The notes under the pieces: model-generated
The model's database searches: none
The model's input: only the letters and a program-made list of their open reading frames with translations
What the model was told of the DNA's origin: nothing
Shown here: positions 11,714 to 23,289 of the stretch, piece by piece
Position numbering within the stretch: the stretch's first letter is position 1
How the letters are laid out: each line of letters opens with the position of its first letter
Origin: Octopus sinensis
Taxonomy: Eukaryota
Length of the DNA: 64,000 bases
Direction of reading: 5' to 3'
Assembly: GCF_006345805.1 (NCBI RefSeq)
Contig: NC_043001.1
Span: 17,112,001-17,176,000 of the forward strand
Program-made: the position numbers and the translations under genes

Positions 11714-12255
11714 AGGCGGCGAGCTGGCAAAATGATTAATACGCCGGGCAAAATGCATAGCGGTATTTCGTCTGTCTTTACGTTCTGAGTTCAAATTCCG
11801 CCGAGGTCGACTTTGCCTTTCATCCTTTCGGGGTCGATAAATTAAGTACCAGTTACGCACTGGGGTCGATATAATCGACTTTATCCGTTTGTCTGTCCTT
11901 CTTTGTTCTCTCTGTGTTTAGCCCCTTCTGGGTAGTAAAGAAATAGCTATTTCGTTTGTCTTTACGTTCTGAGTTCAAATTCCGCCGAGGTCGACTTTGC
12001 CTTTCATCCTTTCGGGGTCGATAAATTAAGTACCAGTTACGCACTGGGGTCGATATAATCGACTTAATCCGTTTGTCTGTCCTTGTTTGTCCTCTCTGTG
12101 TTTAGCCCCTTCTGGGTAGTAAAGAAATAGGTATTTCAACTCTCTTCACACTCTGAGTTCAAATTGCGCCGAGGTTGATTTGCGTTTCATCGTCTCGGGG
12201 TCGATAAATTAAGTACCAGTTGAACATTGGGGTTTGTTGTAATCGACTTACCCCC
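11714..12255 (+). mobile_element. SINE A tandem trimer
   Basis: Repeated AAAGAAATA|G(G/C)TATTTC junctions. Confidence 0.85.
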
Positions 12256-12294
12256 ATCCTAAATTACTGATCTTGGGTGAAAATATGAAACCAG

Positions 12295-12436
12295 TGTAGT
12301 AGTAGTAGTAGTAGTAGTAGCAGTAGTAGTAGTAGTAGTAGTAACAGCAGCAGCAGCAGTAGTGGAAGAAGAAGAAGAAGAAGAAGAAGAACTACTGTAA
12401 GAAATGTACCACTTCTTAGAAAGAAAGGAAGAAGGA

Positions 12437-12472
<36 letters not shown>

Positions 12473-12495
12473 AGGAAGGAAAGAAAGAAAGAACC
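12295..12495. repeat. (AGT)n-(GAA)n-(GAAA)n microsatellite
   Basis: Direct reading. Confidence 0.95.
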
Positions 12496-12619
12496 CAGCA
12501 TATTTACAAATTTTGCTTCATCTTGCATATTGGGGGATTGAAAACATCACCGTGCCTTGCTCTTTCATCTTGGGCAGGCATTCTCAGACTTTAGAATTTA
12601 AAGCTGGCGCAGGCACAGG

Positions 12620-12960
12620 CGTCGATGTAATAATGAGAAGCTTGCTTGCTTGCTAACCATGTGGTTTTGAGTTCAGTCCTACTCTATGGCACCTTGGGCA
12701 AGTGTCTTCTGTTATAGCCCCGGCCCGACCAATGCCTTGTGAGTGGGTTTCGTAGAAAGAAGCCGAAAGAAGCCCATTATGTGTGTGTGTGTGTGTTCCC
12801 CGCTACCGCTTGACAAACAGTGTTGGTTTGTTTACGATCCCGTAACCTAGCAGTTCAACATAAGAGTCCGATAGGCTAAATACCAGATTTAAAACAATAA
12901 GGACGGTGCCCCAGCATGACCGCAGTCCAATGACTGCAACAAGTAAATGATAAAAGTTAA
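12620..12960 (+). mobile_element. Older SINE B copy
   Basis: Diverged match to the family B head, body and tail. Confidence 0.75.
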
Positions 12961-13099
12961 GAGATCTATAAGAAATATAATAGTCTCAGAAGGAATATGA
13001 TGCAGCTAACATTTTTATACGGGTGGATCTATTTATACGGGTATGTGCGGGTGGGTTGGGCCTGTTTAAAGTTTAGGACATAGGCATTGTGGAGACTGA

Positions 13100-13500
13100 G
13101 ACCTATAAAGTTACGTAGGATCTTTTCTGTTTGAAAATACATCTTGGAGGGTCTGACGCTGTATGGACTGTGTGAAGGTGATGATTGCGTCTTTTAGCTC
13201 ATTAATGATTTTAGGGCGATTCTTGTACACAGAAAAACCATGGCAGTGTTAAATCAGGTGATCTTGGTGGCCAAAGGCCCTTCGAAATAATCCGTTGACC
13301 GAAAAACTCTTGAAGCAGCGCCATGGTGATGCACGAAATATTTGCCTTAGCTCTATCTTGCTGAAAAGTATGAATTAGTAATTTCACTTCCAGTGAGTTG
13401 GCCTACAAATGGAGAGGCAATATTTGAGCAATATTTCGCGGTGTTGATGGTGTCTTCAAAAAGTTTACTTCAGAGACACTTTTTGAACACCGTGTTGAAC
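13100..13500 (-). pseudogene. Tc1/mariner (rosa/maT-like) transposase catalytic fragment
   Basis: Minus strand FQQDRAKANISCITMALLQEFFGQRIISKGLWPPRSPDLTLP...YKNRPKIINELKDAI. Confidence 0.8.
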
Positions 13501-13532
13501 ACCCTGGCTTCACATTCTGAGTTCACATTTCG

Positions 13533-13889
13533 CCTAATATCAAGGGCGGCCTATATAGGGACGACGCTTTATTAATTACTAAAAGCATAAATAAATCCTC
13601 ATTAGAAAGAACCAGAGAGGACCTACATAAATCCTTTTCTAACCTAAACCTATCTATCACATTCGAAAACGCCCACAAAATTGCTAACTTTCTGGACGCA
13701 ACCCTAAACTTATTAACATCCCAATACTCCCCTTACCACAAACCTAACCAGTACCTTAAATACCTTAACATCCATTCCAATCACCATAAATCCACTTTTA
13801 ATAATATAATTAAGGGAATCTCAAACCGCATATCTGACCTGTCTTCCACTGAAGAAATCTTCAATAATCACGCACCATATTACCAGTTA
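13533..13889 (+). pseudogene. Penelope-like RT fragment (YRDD to thumb), stop-free
   Basis: PNIKGGLYRDDALLITKS...ANFLDATLNL...YHKPNQYLKYLNIHSNHHKS...ISNRISDLSSTEEIFNNHAPYY. No ATG, so absent from the ORF track. Confidence 0.9.
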
Positions 13890-13897
13890 GGCACTTC

Positions 13898-14307
13898 GGA
13901 TATTTTCGCTTTGAAGGGCAGTTTTCTCTATCGGTATCATATGAAATTGTAACCCATAATTATGACCCTAGTATCGATCTATTGCATTTCAATGTTTTAG
14001 GGTTAGGGTTAGGGGTGAGGGGAAGGTATATTTTTCCTTTAAGAAATGTAAATAAACCCAATCTGTTTCTTAAACGAGGGACATATTCATACGGCACAGA
14101 ATATTTTCACCTCAATAGACGTCAGTGATTGGTGGAAATTGCAGAAATTGAAGAAAAAAACAACAAATATCTTACAAATTATAGAAGTTTCTCAATAAAG
14201 TCAAGAGAAAAAGATGTTTATAAACACATTCTACCAGTATACGAAGTTTAAAATTTTTAGTTACCTAGAAAGTATGTTAAAAACTGCCGTTCAAACCGAA
14301 AAGATCC
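13898..14307 (+). mobile_element. MITE with ~29-bp TIRs, 8-bp TSD and internal TTAGGG
   Basis: GGATATTTTCGCTTTGAAGGGCAG ... CTGCCGTTCAAACCGAAAAGATCC. TSD GGCACTTC at 13890-13897 and 14308-14315. Confidence 0.9.
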
Positions 14308-14599
14308 GGCACTTCTCCTTCCCCTCAAAATGTTCGTACCTTGTGACTATTGTGAAAGGACAATATCAAAGTAACTTGCTTGCAATCATATGAGGCTTTC
14401 ACCTGAAATAGAGTTTAATAACTTTGTCACGCAGACGTAAGTATTCTATAATTATATTTTTAACGTAAACAAACTAGCTCTAAGTCTAACTAGTCAAACT
14501 AAACTATTCAGTGCATGTCATGCGTTGAATAATCTGTTAAATATAATCGCGGTTTACGATGTTTCCGATCATGGTATTTTAATAAACCTAGAAAAAACA

Positions 14600-14870
14600 A
14601 AACAGCCTGCTCGTGAAATTAACGTGCAAATGGCTGAGCACTCCACAGACACGTATTCCCTTAACGTAGTTCTCAGGGATATTCAGCGTGACACAAAGTG
14701 TGACAAGGCTGGCCCTTTGAAATACAGGTACTGCTTATTTTTGCCAGCTGAGTGGACTGGAGCAAAGTGAAAAAAAGTGGCTTGTTCAAGGACACAACGC
14801 GTTGCTGGGAATTGAACTCACAACCTTACTATCGTAAGCCGAATACCCTGACCACTAAGACAAGCGCCTT
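14600..14870 (-). mobile_element. SINE C tail fragment joined to a SINE D-like head
   Basis: AACAGCCTGCTCGTGAAATTAACG... followed by GCCAGCTGAGTGGACTGGAGCAA. Confidence 0.7.
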
Positions 14871-14879
14871 CACATATAT

Positions 14880-15125
14880 ATGTGTTTATGTGTGTGTGTG
14901 TGTGTTTGTATTTGTGTGTCTATGTTTGTCCCCTCACCATCATCTGGCAACGGATGTTGGGTGTATTTACATCCCCGTAACCCTAGCGGTTCGGCAAAAG
15001 AGATCCAATAGAATAAGGACTAGGCTTACAAAGAATAAGTCCCGGGGGTCGATTTGTTCCACTAAAAGGCGGTGCTCCAGCATGGCCGCAGTCAAATGAT
15101 TGAAGCAGGTAAACGAATAAAAGAA
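14880..15125 (+). mobile_element. SINE B 3' half
   Basis: Microsatellite plus body and tail. Confidence 0.8.
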
Positions 15126-15469
15126 TAAGCAGGCAACTTTCGAAAACCTGTACATATTACTATCCAGAAATTGCAGTCTTCCTTGCTTTGTATAAGCAAA
15201 AACATAATAAGATGTCACGTGAGTTTTTCTTGTTACGTTGAAATATTTTTATTCTTTTCTAATTTTGACACATGGCCAAAAATTTAAATGGAAGCGGTCA
15301 AGTGGATTACATCGACCGTAGTACTTGATTGGTACTTTCCTTATCGATCTCAAGTGATCAAAGATATAGAATATTTTCTGAAATATCTATTTCTTTTTCT
15401 TTCTATTAAGCAAAGATATCAAAACAACTTTTTCCCACAGTTATCTGTAATATTGGTTTCGGAAGTTGG

Positions 15470-15665
15470 CACAAAGCCAGCAATTTCTGGGGAGGGAATA
15501 AGTCGATTACATCGACACTAGTGCTCAACTGGTACTTATTTTATTGACCCTGTAAGGATAACAGGGAAGATCGACCGCGGTGGAATTTGAACTCAGAGCG
15601 TAAAGATGGTTGAAGTGCCGCCACGTATTTCACTCGGAGTGCTAACGATTCTGCCAGCTCGCTTC
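15470..15665 (-). mobile_element. Older SINE A-related copy
   Basis: Diverged central domain and head. Confidence 0.7.
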
Positions 15666-16387
15666 CTGTCCGTTATGAGTTATATTAAAATAATCTTGAC
15701 CGTTAAAAGATAATAATACACACACGCACACATATATACATGCCTATATATGTATTTATGTATGAAAGTATGCAGGTATGGATGGATGTATACATATATG
15801 TGTGTCTGTACAGTATGTATGTATGTATATAAATGGGTGGCTGTGTACATGCGTCTACATGTGTTTGTGATAACGTTATCAAACATAATCGCTATCTAGA
15901 CACTGATTTCAGAGCAACCAAATTCCCGATAAAAATTAGAACCACATTTCTGCTGCTAACCACTCTGCTGCGTTACTTCCCAGTAACGTTCAAACTTTTA
16001 TAAATTAAGTAAATTGCTGCTATTTCTTTTCCGTTGGCCCTATGAATGTCCTCAAATATCTCAACATAGGATTGTATAAACAGTTTCACATGCGCTTTGC
16101 AACAAGCAACGCCACTCAAGATCATGAAGAAAATATTTATTTATATTAAGATTATTGATATGAGCGATTTCAAGAGATATTAGCCATCTACTTAAGCAGC
16201 AGTTTGCAGTATAAAAACGAACAATAAACCCATTTAACATAAGATGAATCAAATTTCTACAGCTTGCCAGACCATTTTGATATCGATTGCACAATTCTTC
16301 GTCATATCATGTCTATTTGGTTTTCAACTGAATAACTTCGGGCATAAAAGTATATATACATGCAACCATATACAAATATACACGCAT

Positions 16388-16808
16388 AGGCGCAGGAGTG
16401 GCTGTGTGGTAAGTAGCTTGCTTACCAACCACATGGTTCCGGGTTCAGTCCCACTGCGTGGCACTTTGGGCAAGTGTCTTCTGCTATAGCCCCGGGCCAA
16501 CCAAAGCCTCGTGAGTCGATTTGGTAGACGGAAACTGAAAGAAGCCCATCGTATATATGTATATATATGTTTGTATATGTGTGTTTGTATGTCTGTGTTT
16601 GTCCCCTAAGCATTGCTTGACAACCGATGCTGGTGTGTTTATGTCCCCGTTACTTGGCGCTTCAGCAAAAAGAGACCGATAGAATAAGTACTGGGCTTAC
16701 AAAAAAAAAAAAGAAGTCCCGGGATCGAGTTGCTCGATTAAAAGCGGTGCTCTAGCATGGCCGCAGTCAAATGATTGAAACAAGTAAAAGAGTAAGAGAG
16801 TAAAAGAG
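16388..16808 (+). mobile_element. SINE B full length
   Basis: Consensus match. Confidence 0.9.
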
Positions 16809-17280
16809 CATACATACATACAGACAGATAGACAGAGATAATTATTTATTAGCCACTAAGGGCCCAACGTAGAAGGGACAGAACATGAACAGGGAAACAA
16901 GTGGGGACATAAAATATAAAATAATGATAGAAAATGAATAATAAATAAATGAGGCTGCGGTGGCTACTCGAACCCCACTCTCGGGCAGTACTATTTAACT
17001 GTTCTTTATCAAGATTTTTCATCTTTTTTCCCCTCGTGGTAGCAGGTGTGTAGTCTTTCCGTCTTTTTTTTTTTTTTTTTTTCATAATATTAAAAATTAC
17101 TTACATTGTTTTATGTACGGTTTCAAATCGTCATAGTTCACGACTGGAAGTAGGGCCTCATACACCACATGCACTCTTAATGGGTCTATGTTTGACCCGA
17201 ACAATTCCTGGATCTATTTTTTCTCATAAATAACAGTGTTATTTATATGACGCCGCCAAAAAATGTTGTTGACAAATACG

Positions 17281-17498
17281 GCAGAAAATGTGTTCACCTC
17301 AATAGACGTCATTGATTGGTTGAAATTGCTGAAATGCAAGAAATTAAAGAAAAAAATAGCTTAAAAACTAGAGAATTTTCTCAAGAAAGCCAAGAGAAAA
17401 AGATGTTTTATGTAACACACTACCAGTATACGAAGTTTAAAAGTGTTTAGTTACAAAGAAATTATTTTTAAAATCTACCGGTCAAAGTGAAACGATAC
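17281..17498 (+). mobile_element. Partial older copy of the TTAGGG MITE
   Basis: Matches the 3' half of 28606-29017. Confidence 0.8.
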
Positions 17499-17820
17499 CA
17501 ATTCCTTTAATTTAGCATATCTTTCCTTGTCTATTAGTATAGATTTAGAGTTTGCTGTATATACCTCAGCCGGCAATTTCACTCTAATCACCGCTCTGAA
17601 CTTGGTGATTTTTCGTTCAATTGCCATGCTTTTTGTAATTGTCATAATATTCGCTTTGTTTTTATGGGGGCCTTTTGAAGGACTGCCTGTTATGCCTGTT
17701 TGACTACAAGGTGAAGTCAGACTATCTGGGGCGGTTTCCTATTATTTTGTTGGTGTTACTGGTGGTGATGTAGGCTGTGTGAGTGTACCTTGTGTGCTGT
17801 GTGTTTGCTGTACAATGTCT

Positions 17821-18264
17821 GGATCTTTTCGCTTTGACCGGCAGATTTTTAAAATAATTTCCACGTAATTAAACACTTTTAAACTTCGTATACTCGTAGA
17901 ATGTGTTTATAAAACATTTTTTTCTTTTGGCTTTATTGAGAAAATTCTATAGTTTGTAAGATATTTGTTGTTTTTTTCTTCAATTTCTGCAATTTCAACC
18001 AATCAATGACGTCTATTGAGGTGAAAACATTCTGTGACGTATGAATATGTCCCTCGTTTAAGAAACAGATTAAGTTGATTTACATTTCTGAAGAAAAAAA
18101 GATACCCTTCCCCCCACCCCTAACTCTAACCCTAACTAATCCTGACTCTAACCCTAACCCTAAAACAAATTGAAATGCAATAGATCGATACTAGGGTCAT
18201 AATTATGGGTGACAATTCCATATGACACCGCTAGAAAAAACTGCCGTTCAAATCGAAAAGATCC
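17821..18264 (-). mobile_element. TTAGGG MITE, full length
   Basis: GGATCTTTTCG...CGAAAAGATCC. TSD CAATGTCT at 17813-17820 and 18265-18272. (CCCTAA)-like array near 18119-18160. Confidence 0.9.
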
Positions 18265-19264
18265 CAATGTCTTCTGTTTTACTATTCTTAATTTTCTTTT
18301 TGGGGTTTTCGGAGCTATATGTACCGTTTCCTTTCTCTTTCTTTTGGGTACTTCTGAAAATCCCTTTTCTGTGTATTCCATACACTCCACCTGGGCTGGG
18401 TTTTTCATTTCGGTACTACGACTTTGTTCATGCTGGGTTTTCTCTGGTTTCATTGTTTATGTAAGAGCACTGTATTTTAATGTGCTCCTTTTCTCCGCAT
18501 TGGTAGCAGGTAGGCGGTCTCCCTTCTACCACCAGTCTCAGCTTTATGTCTTCAAGCAGCAACACCTCTTCTGCTATTTCGTTCAGATCTTTCTGGGTGT
18601 CCTGGATAACCATTTCAAGACCGTAACCCCAGCAATTCATTTTCTTTGCTCTTGCCATTTGTAATATCTTTGCGTACTCGTTGGTTCCGTGCATCAAAGC
18701 TACTACCATCCGCGCTTCTTCAATTTCTGGTGACACCCTGCTTATCCTAATTCTTGCGACTCTTTTGCCGCAGTAGGTCAGCAAGAGCACCCTTCTTGTG
18801 ACCTCAGCGTCACAGCGGAGTGACTTATTGCCTCTTCTTCGGGGGAAAACCTCACCCCCACTGTGCCATATCTTCTTCCTCTAGTGTAGAATGTTGCAAA
18901 ACTCTTCACTTCTTCCAAGCATTTCTCTATAGCTTCTTCTGTTGCTATCTCAATATTCTTACTGGTTGTGGACAGCGTTCTATAAACCACCGTCCTCCTT
19001 TTCGTTTTGTTGACTACTTCTTCTGGAGGGGTCAACATTAAACTTGACCCCTCCTTCTGGATCAGCTCCTTGTACTCTTCCAAATTCTCAGGTTCAATTA
19101 TGACTTCCCGCACCTCCAGCGAATCTGTCGTGGTGGTACGGCTTCCACCCGCCAAAACATAGCTCCTGGCATGGGCTCGTACCCGTTCACAATTCATTTT
19201 TTCCGATTCTCTTCACCCCAAAATAGGGGAAGAAAGCAAAGACAGACTGTCAGGGAGACTGACA

Positions 19265-19515
19265 GATGTGTGTGTGTGTGCGTGCATGTGTGCGCGCGTG
19301 TGTGTGTGTGAGCATGTATGTACGTGTATGTGTGTGCGTGCGTGTGTGAGTGTATGTGTGTGTATGTTTGTGTATGTATGTGCGCGTGTAGTGTGTGTGT
19401 ATGTGTGTGTGTGTACGTGTGTGTGTGCGGGTGTGTGTGTGTGCATGTATGAGCGTGTGTGTATGTGTGCGTGCGTGTGTGTATGTACGTGTATGTGTGC
19501 GCGTGTATGTGCGCA
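19265..19515. repeat. (TG)n/(TGCG) microsatellite
   Basis: Direct reading. Confidence 0.95.
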
Positions 19516-19852
19516 CACATTAAGATGTTTGTTCACAAACATGACATTTCGGTTTCATTTCTGGTGCGTGGCATATTGGGTGTATGTCATTTGCTATAAT
19601 CTCGAGTCGTGATGCTGGTTGACGGAAACTGTAGTGAATCCCGTCGAATGCACAGGCTTGCCGCGTGGTGTCTCACACTGATCCAACTTGAGAATTATCA
19701 TAAGGGCACATGCGAGTCTGCGGAATACCCAGCCGTTTATATGCAAATCCAATGAGCAACTAATTAAGTTGGTCTAACATTTAAATTCACATCGTTAAGA
19801 GCGACGCAGATCCATACACAAACACACACACAAACAAATATATCAATATATA

Positions 19853-19964
<112 letters not shown>

Positions 19965-19971
19965 ATATATA

Positions 19972-20210
19972 TATTGGGTTGGTGCATAATTATTGCGGCT
20001 TTTTTTCAACAAATTTTATTCAAAACAATAACAACATGTAATCATTAAATGATTTTTTCCGGAGCATATTCACCACCTACTTCAATTACTGGTTCCCATT
20101 TGCTTGGCAGACGGTCAAACTGTCATTTAAAGATGTTTTTATTAAATATTGTTAATGTTTTGTTGAATAAATTTTGTTGAAAAAAGCCACAATAACTATT
20201 CAACAACCCA

Positions 20211-20213
<3 letters not shown>
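19972..20213 (-). mobile_element. Mariner-derived MITE (~240 bp) in a (TA)n tract
   Basis: ~50-bp TIRs TATTGGGTTGGTGCATAATTATTGCGGCTTTTTT.../...AAAAAAGCCACAATAACTATTCAACAACCCAA. Internal LPSKWEPVIEVGGEY is a mariner C-terminus. Confidence 0.8.
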
Positions 20214-20246
<33 letters not shown>

Positions 20247-20295
20247 AAACAAGTAAAAAATAGAAAATGCTAAAATAATTTTATAGTGAACATTT

Positions 20296-20333
20296 CAGTA
20301 CCGGTTTCGGTCATTTTGAGACCTTTTCAACTG
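20296..20333 (-). ncRNA. Type I hammerhead, U3-A8 core variant, in PLE 3' terminal repeat
   Basis: CAG-TTGAAAA-GGTC(TCAAAAT)GACC-GAAA-CCGG-TA-CTG: stem I 3 bp, stem II 4 bp, palindromic stem III ACCGGU, GUA site. Confidence 0.75.
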
Positions 20334-20468
20334 TAACGATTAAATAATTAAATTTAGAAAAATTAGAAGAAAAGTTTTTTTAAAAGAATATTTCTATAGT
20401 AGTGTTCAGATTTAAGTGGCATTCTGCCTTTCTCTGACTCCCTTGTTTGCACTTGTATAATATATAAT

Positions 20469-20515
<47 letters not shown>

Positions 20516-20539
20516 ATATATATATAAGATCCTAGGATC

Positions 20540-20947
20540 GTGGTGTAGGAAAAAAGTTAGCTTCAAGTAATTAGTAGTAAATATAAAAATCAATTTTCAG
20601 GGCGAATGGTGGTTTATTGAGACGGAAGATTGTGGAGTTTTTGTTTTTTTTCGTATCGAAGTACATTAAACTGAAAAGCGTTATTTTTATATTTCACGTT
20701 AGGCAACCAGAGTTGTCGGGTATGCGAATAAGAATACAAGAGTTAAGGAATGGAGTTGATAAGATGCGGCCTACATATGTTTCATAGCAAGCAGAACCTC
20801 AGAAGTAGTAAATATCCAGGCGAAATTTATACCACAGGCTACCCATAAAGCCGAGGATATCTTGATTAAATGAAAGTTTACATTGATACAAAGATATACA
20901 AGTTGAAGCATGGAAGATTCAATCAGAATGACACACACACACACACA

Positions 20948-21003
<56 letters not shown>

Positions 21004-22880
21004 TATATATATATATATAAACACGAAATACTATATTATTATGGAGGCAACACAAGCGAAGTCTAAAAGAACATAATAGAAACACGCATCCAAAACTTAT
21101 ATAAATATATATATTCTCTATAAATGGACATAAAATTCCAAAATACATATATATATATATACATAGACAATATCAATGCATGATATTGACAGTTAAATTT
21201 GGGAGTGGGCTCTCGGTGTTGGTCTCGTATAATGATACTCTTCATATTGGAGCAGCACCTATATGATAATTTCACCGAACGCTTATTAAGTATTAAATAT
21301 TTTCCTGGAAAATGTTTCTCTGTGAGAGACAGGAATCTTTTATCTATGTTTGTTTTTACGTTAAGGGAAAAGGGAGGAGCGAACCAAATTATGTTCCTAG
21401 GTCTATATTTAGGTCTATTTTTAGGCCTATTATTATTATTCCGATTAATATTAGAGGAGTTATATGTTAAATTATCATTAAAGCCACCATTGCCTAGGAT
21501 ATTATTGTAGTAAGAAGATGCCTTCTCGAAAGTTGCTTTAGAGGAAGAGAAGTTAGAAACGCTGTCATTAATGTTAGCTGTCAGGGGTTTTAAGTATTAC
21601 AGGAAGTTACAAGACTGTTTATGTATATAGGAAAGTTTCTCCTTAGACTTATAAAAGGAGTTCTGGTTTAGGGAAACATCTAAAAAATTAACTTTAGACA
21701 GGTTAGTAGCGACTGATTTTAAGGCCTAATTGACTGAAGGTAGAAGTGAGTTGTTTCCTGAATTTATCTAGGGTGTGACCTTCACAGCCATGGGAAATAC
21801 CCTATCCGTTTGTCACAGTATAGATCAATGCTGTGAGATGGGTACTTAGAACTTAATGTTTTTAATATAAAGAGAACCACACGATCGCAGACGTCAGTAC
21901 TATCATATGACCCCCATTGATACATCGAACAATTCATCATTATCCAAGATTTTATACATGCTAAGCCCTTTCTAAACAGTAGTATTTTATTCACGTGCCT
22001 CATAAAGTCCAAGTCTACAGGGTCTGTATCAACATATAATTTAACAAACTCCATAGATTTATCAAGCAGCAATTTCGATATGCTGGGATAAAAATTTATA
22101 ATGTCAAACAGTGAATCTAGCCCCATAATTATTCATAATGCTCTTGAACCAATCTGTTACAGTAAAACTATTGTTCCATTGTTGAAGTCTAGTGTTCTCT
22201 CTAATTTTATTATCCATGTTTTTCAGTCCTCGCTCGGTTCAACAATCTACAAGTGGGTTTATTATGAAAATTAGGTTTATGATCTTTTAAAGTAGCAAAC
22301 GCTTCCCTTTTAGCTATGCATGCTAATCTATTGTCGATTTCACTACGTTTAGCGAAGAATTTAGCCTCATCGTTAATATCGTTGTATCTCTCGACGTTAG
22401 CTTTCTCATATTTAGTAGAAAAGGTGTTATTCAGCAACTTATCATATAGATCATTAGTTACTTCATACAGGTTATTGGTCTTATCAGAAAATGCGGATTT
22501 CACTTTAGAACTTCTAAAGTGTTTAATATAAACTATCTTTTTAGTTGGAAAGGAGTTATGGTACTTGCGAAATCTGATATTGGTAACTAAGTCAAGGAGG
22601 TCTGTCTCAAAAGGAACTAGGTCTTTAAATGTGGGAGGGTATTTAGGTGTCTTTAAATTATAACGTTCTGTATAAGTGGGAAATAGAGTAGTATAAAAAA
22701 ATAAGGTTTTCTATCTCATCCGTTTTACGAGGTCTAACTTTCTCAAGGAGTATCGTGAGACATAGTTTATTCGGCGGTGTAGGTATGTTCTTAAAAGAGT
22801 AACCCATGCGGTATAAGTCTATAATAGTGAGTAAGTTGGTAACATTTTTAGAGCCATTCAGCTTAACGAAGATATCACAC
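20540..22880 (-). pseudogene. Decayed near-full-length Penelope-like element (KDHK/YRDD type, RT + probable GIY-YIG remnant)
   Basis: YSFKNIPTPP, TLKDHKPNFHNKPTCRL, FDIINFYPSIS, GSYDSTDVC, VNFLDVSL, RNIIWFAPPFSLNVKTNI, KLSYRCCSNMKSII; weak IVY and ETYVG motifs split by microsatellites. Confidence 0.85.
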
Positions 22881-22924
22881 CAAACATATGAATATGTTAC
22901 TCCATTCATCTTCCCATCTGAAGG

Positions 22925-23163
22925 CAAGGATTATGACAGCATTCACCAGCTTAAACAAGGAGACCGTCCAGGAGAGCTGTAGGAGATTCCGAAGTCGTCT
23001 GGAGGCCGTGGCTGAAGCCAATGGCGATTTTAATGAATGAGTTTAGTCCTTCATATTTCAAGATATTTTTATGTAATTTTGGTAAATATATCTGTTAAAA
23101 TAAGATGTCAGTGTTATTTTCATTTTTGCATAATTTAGACGACAATTTATTCACCACACCTAG
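22925..23163 (+). mobile_element. maT/rosa-like transposon 3' end
   Basis: IMTAFTSLNKETVQESCRRFRSRLEAVAEANGDF* followed by a probable right TIR ending CACCACACCTAGTA. Confidence 0.75.
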
Positions 23164-23289
23164 TATGTATGTATGTATGTATGTATGTATGTATGTATGT
23201 ATGTATGTATGTATGTATGTATGTGTATATATATCTATATATCTATATATATATATATATATATATATCGTTAATTTAAAAATAAAATA

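Larger units (their letters stand above)
16838..19200 (-). mobile_element. ORF1-only (gag-like, CCHC zinc knuckle) non-LTR retroelement, decayed
   Basis: Frameshifted ORF pieces 18778-19197, 18428-18790 (VVEGRPPTCYQCGEKEHIKIQC) and 18160-18453, then a Pro/Thr-rich part and ...VVYEALLPVVNYDDLKPYIKQCK* near 17100. About 260 bp of 3' UTR ends in AATAAATAA. No EN/RT seen. Confidence 0.7.

Noticed and set aside
20540-22880. Selenocysteine recoding in the KDHK-type PLE
   Set aside because: The copy has many stops and frameshifts; no TGA could be tied to a conserved Cys column and no SECIS was recognised.
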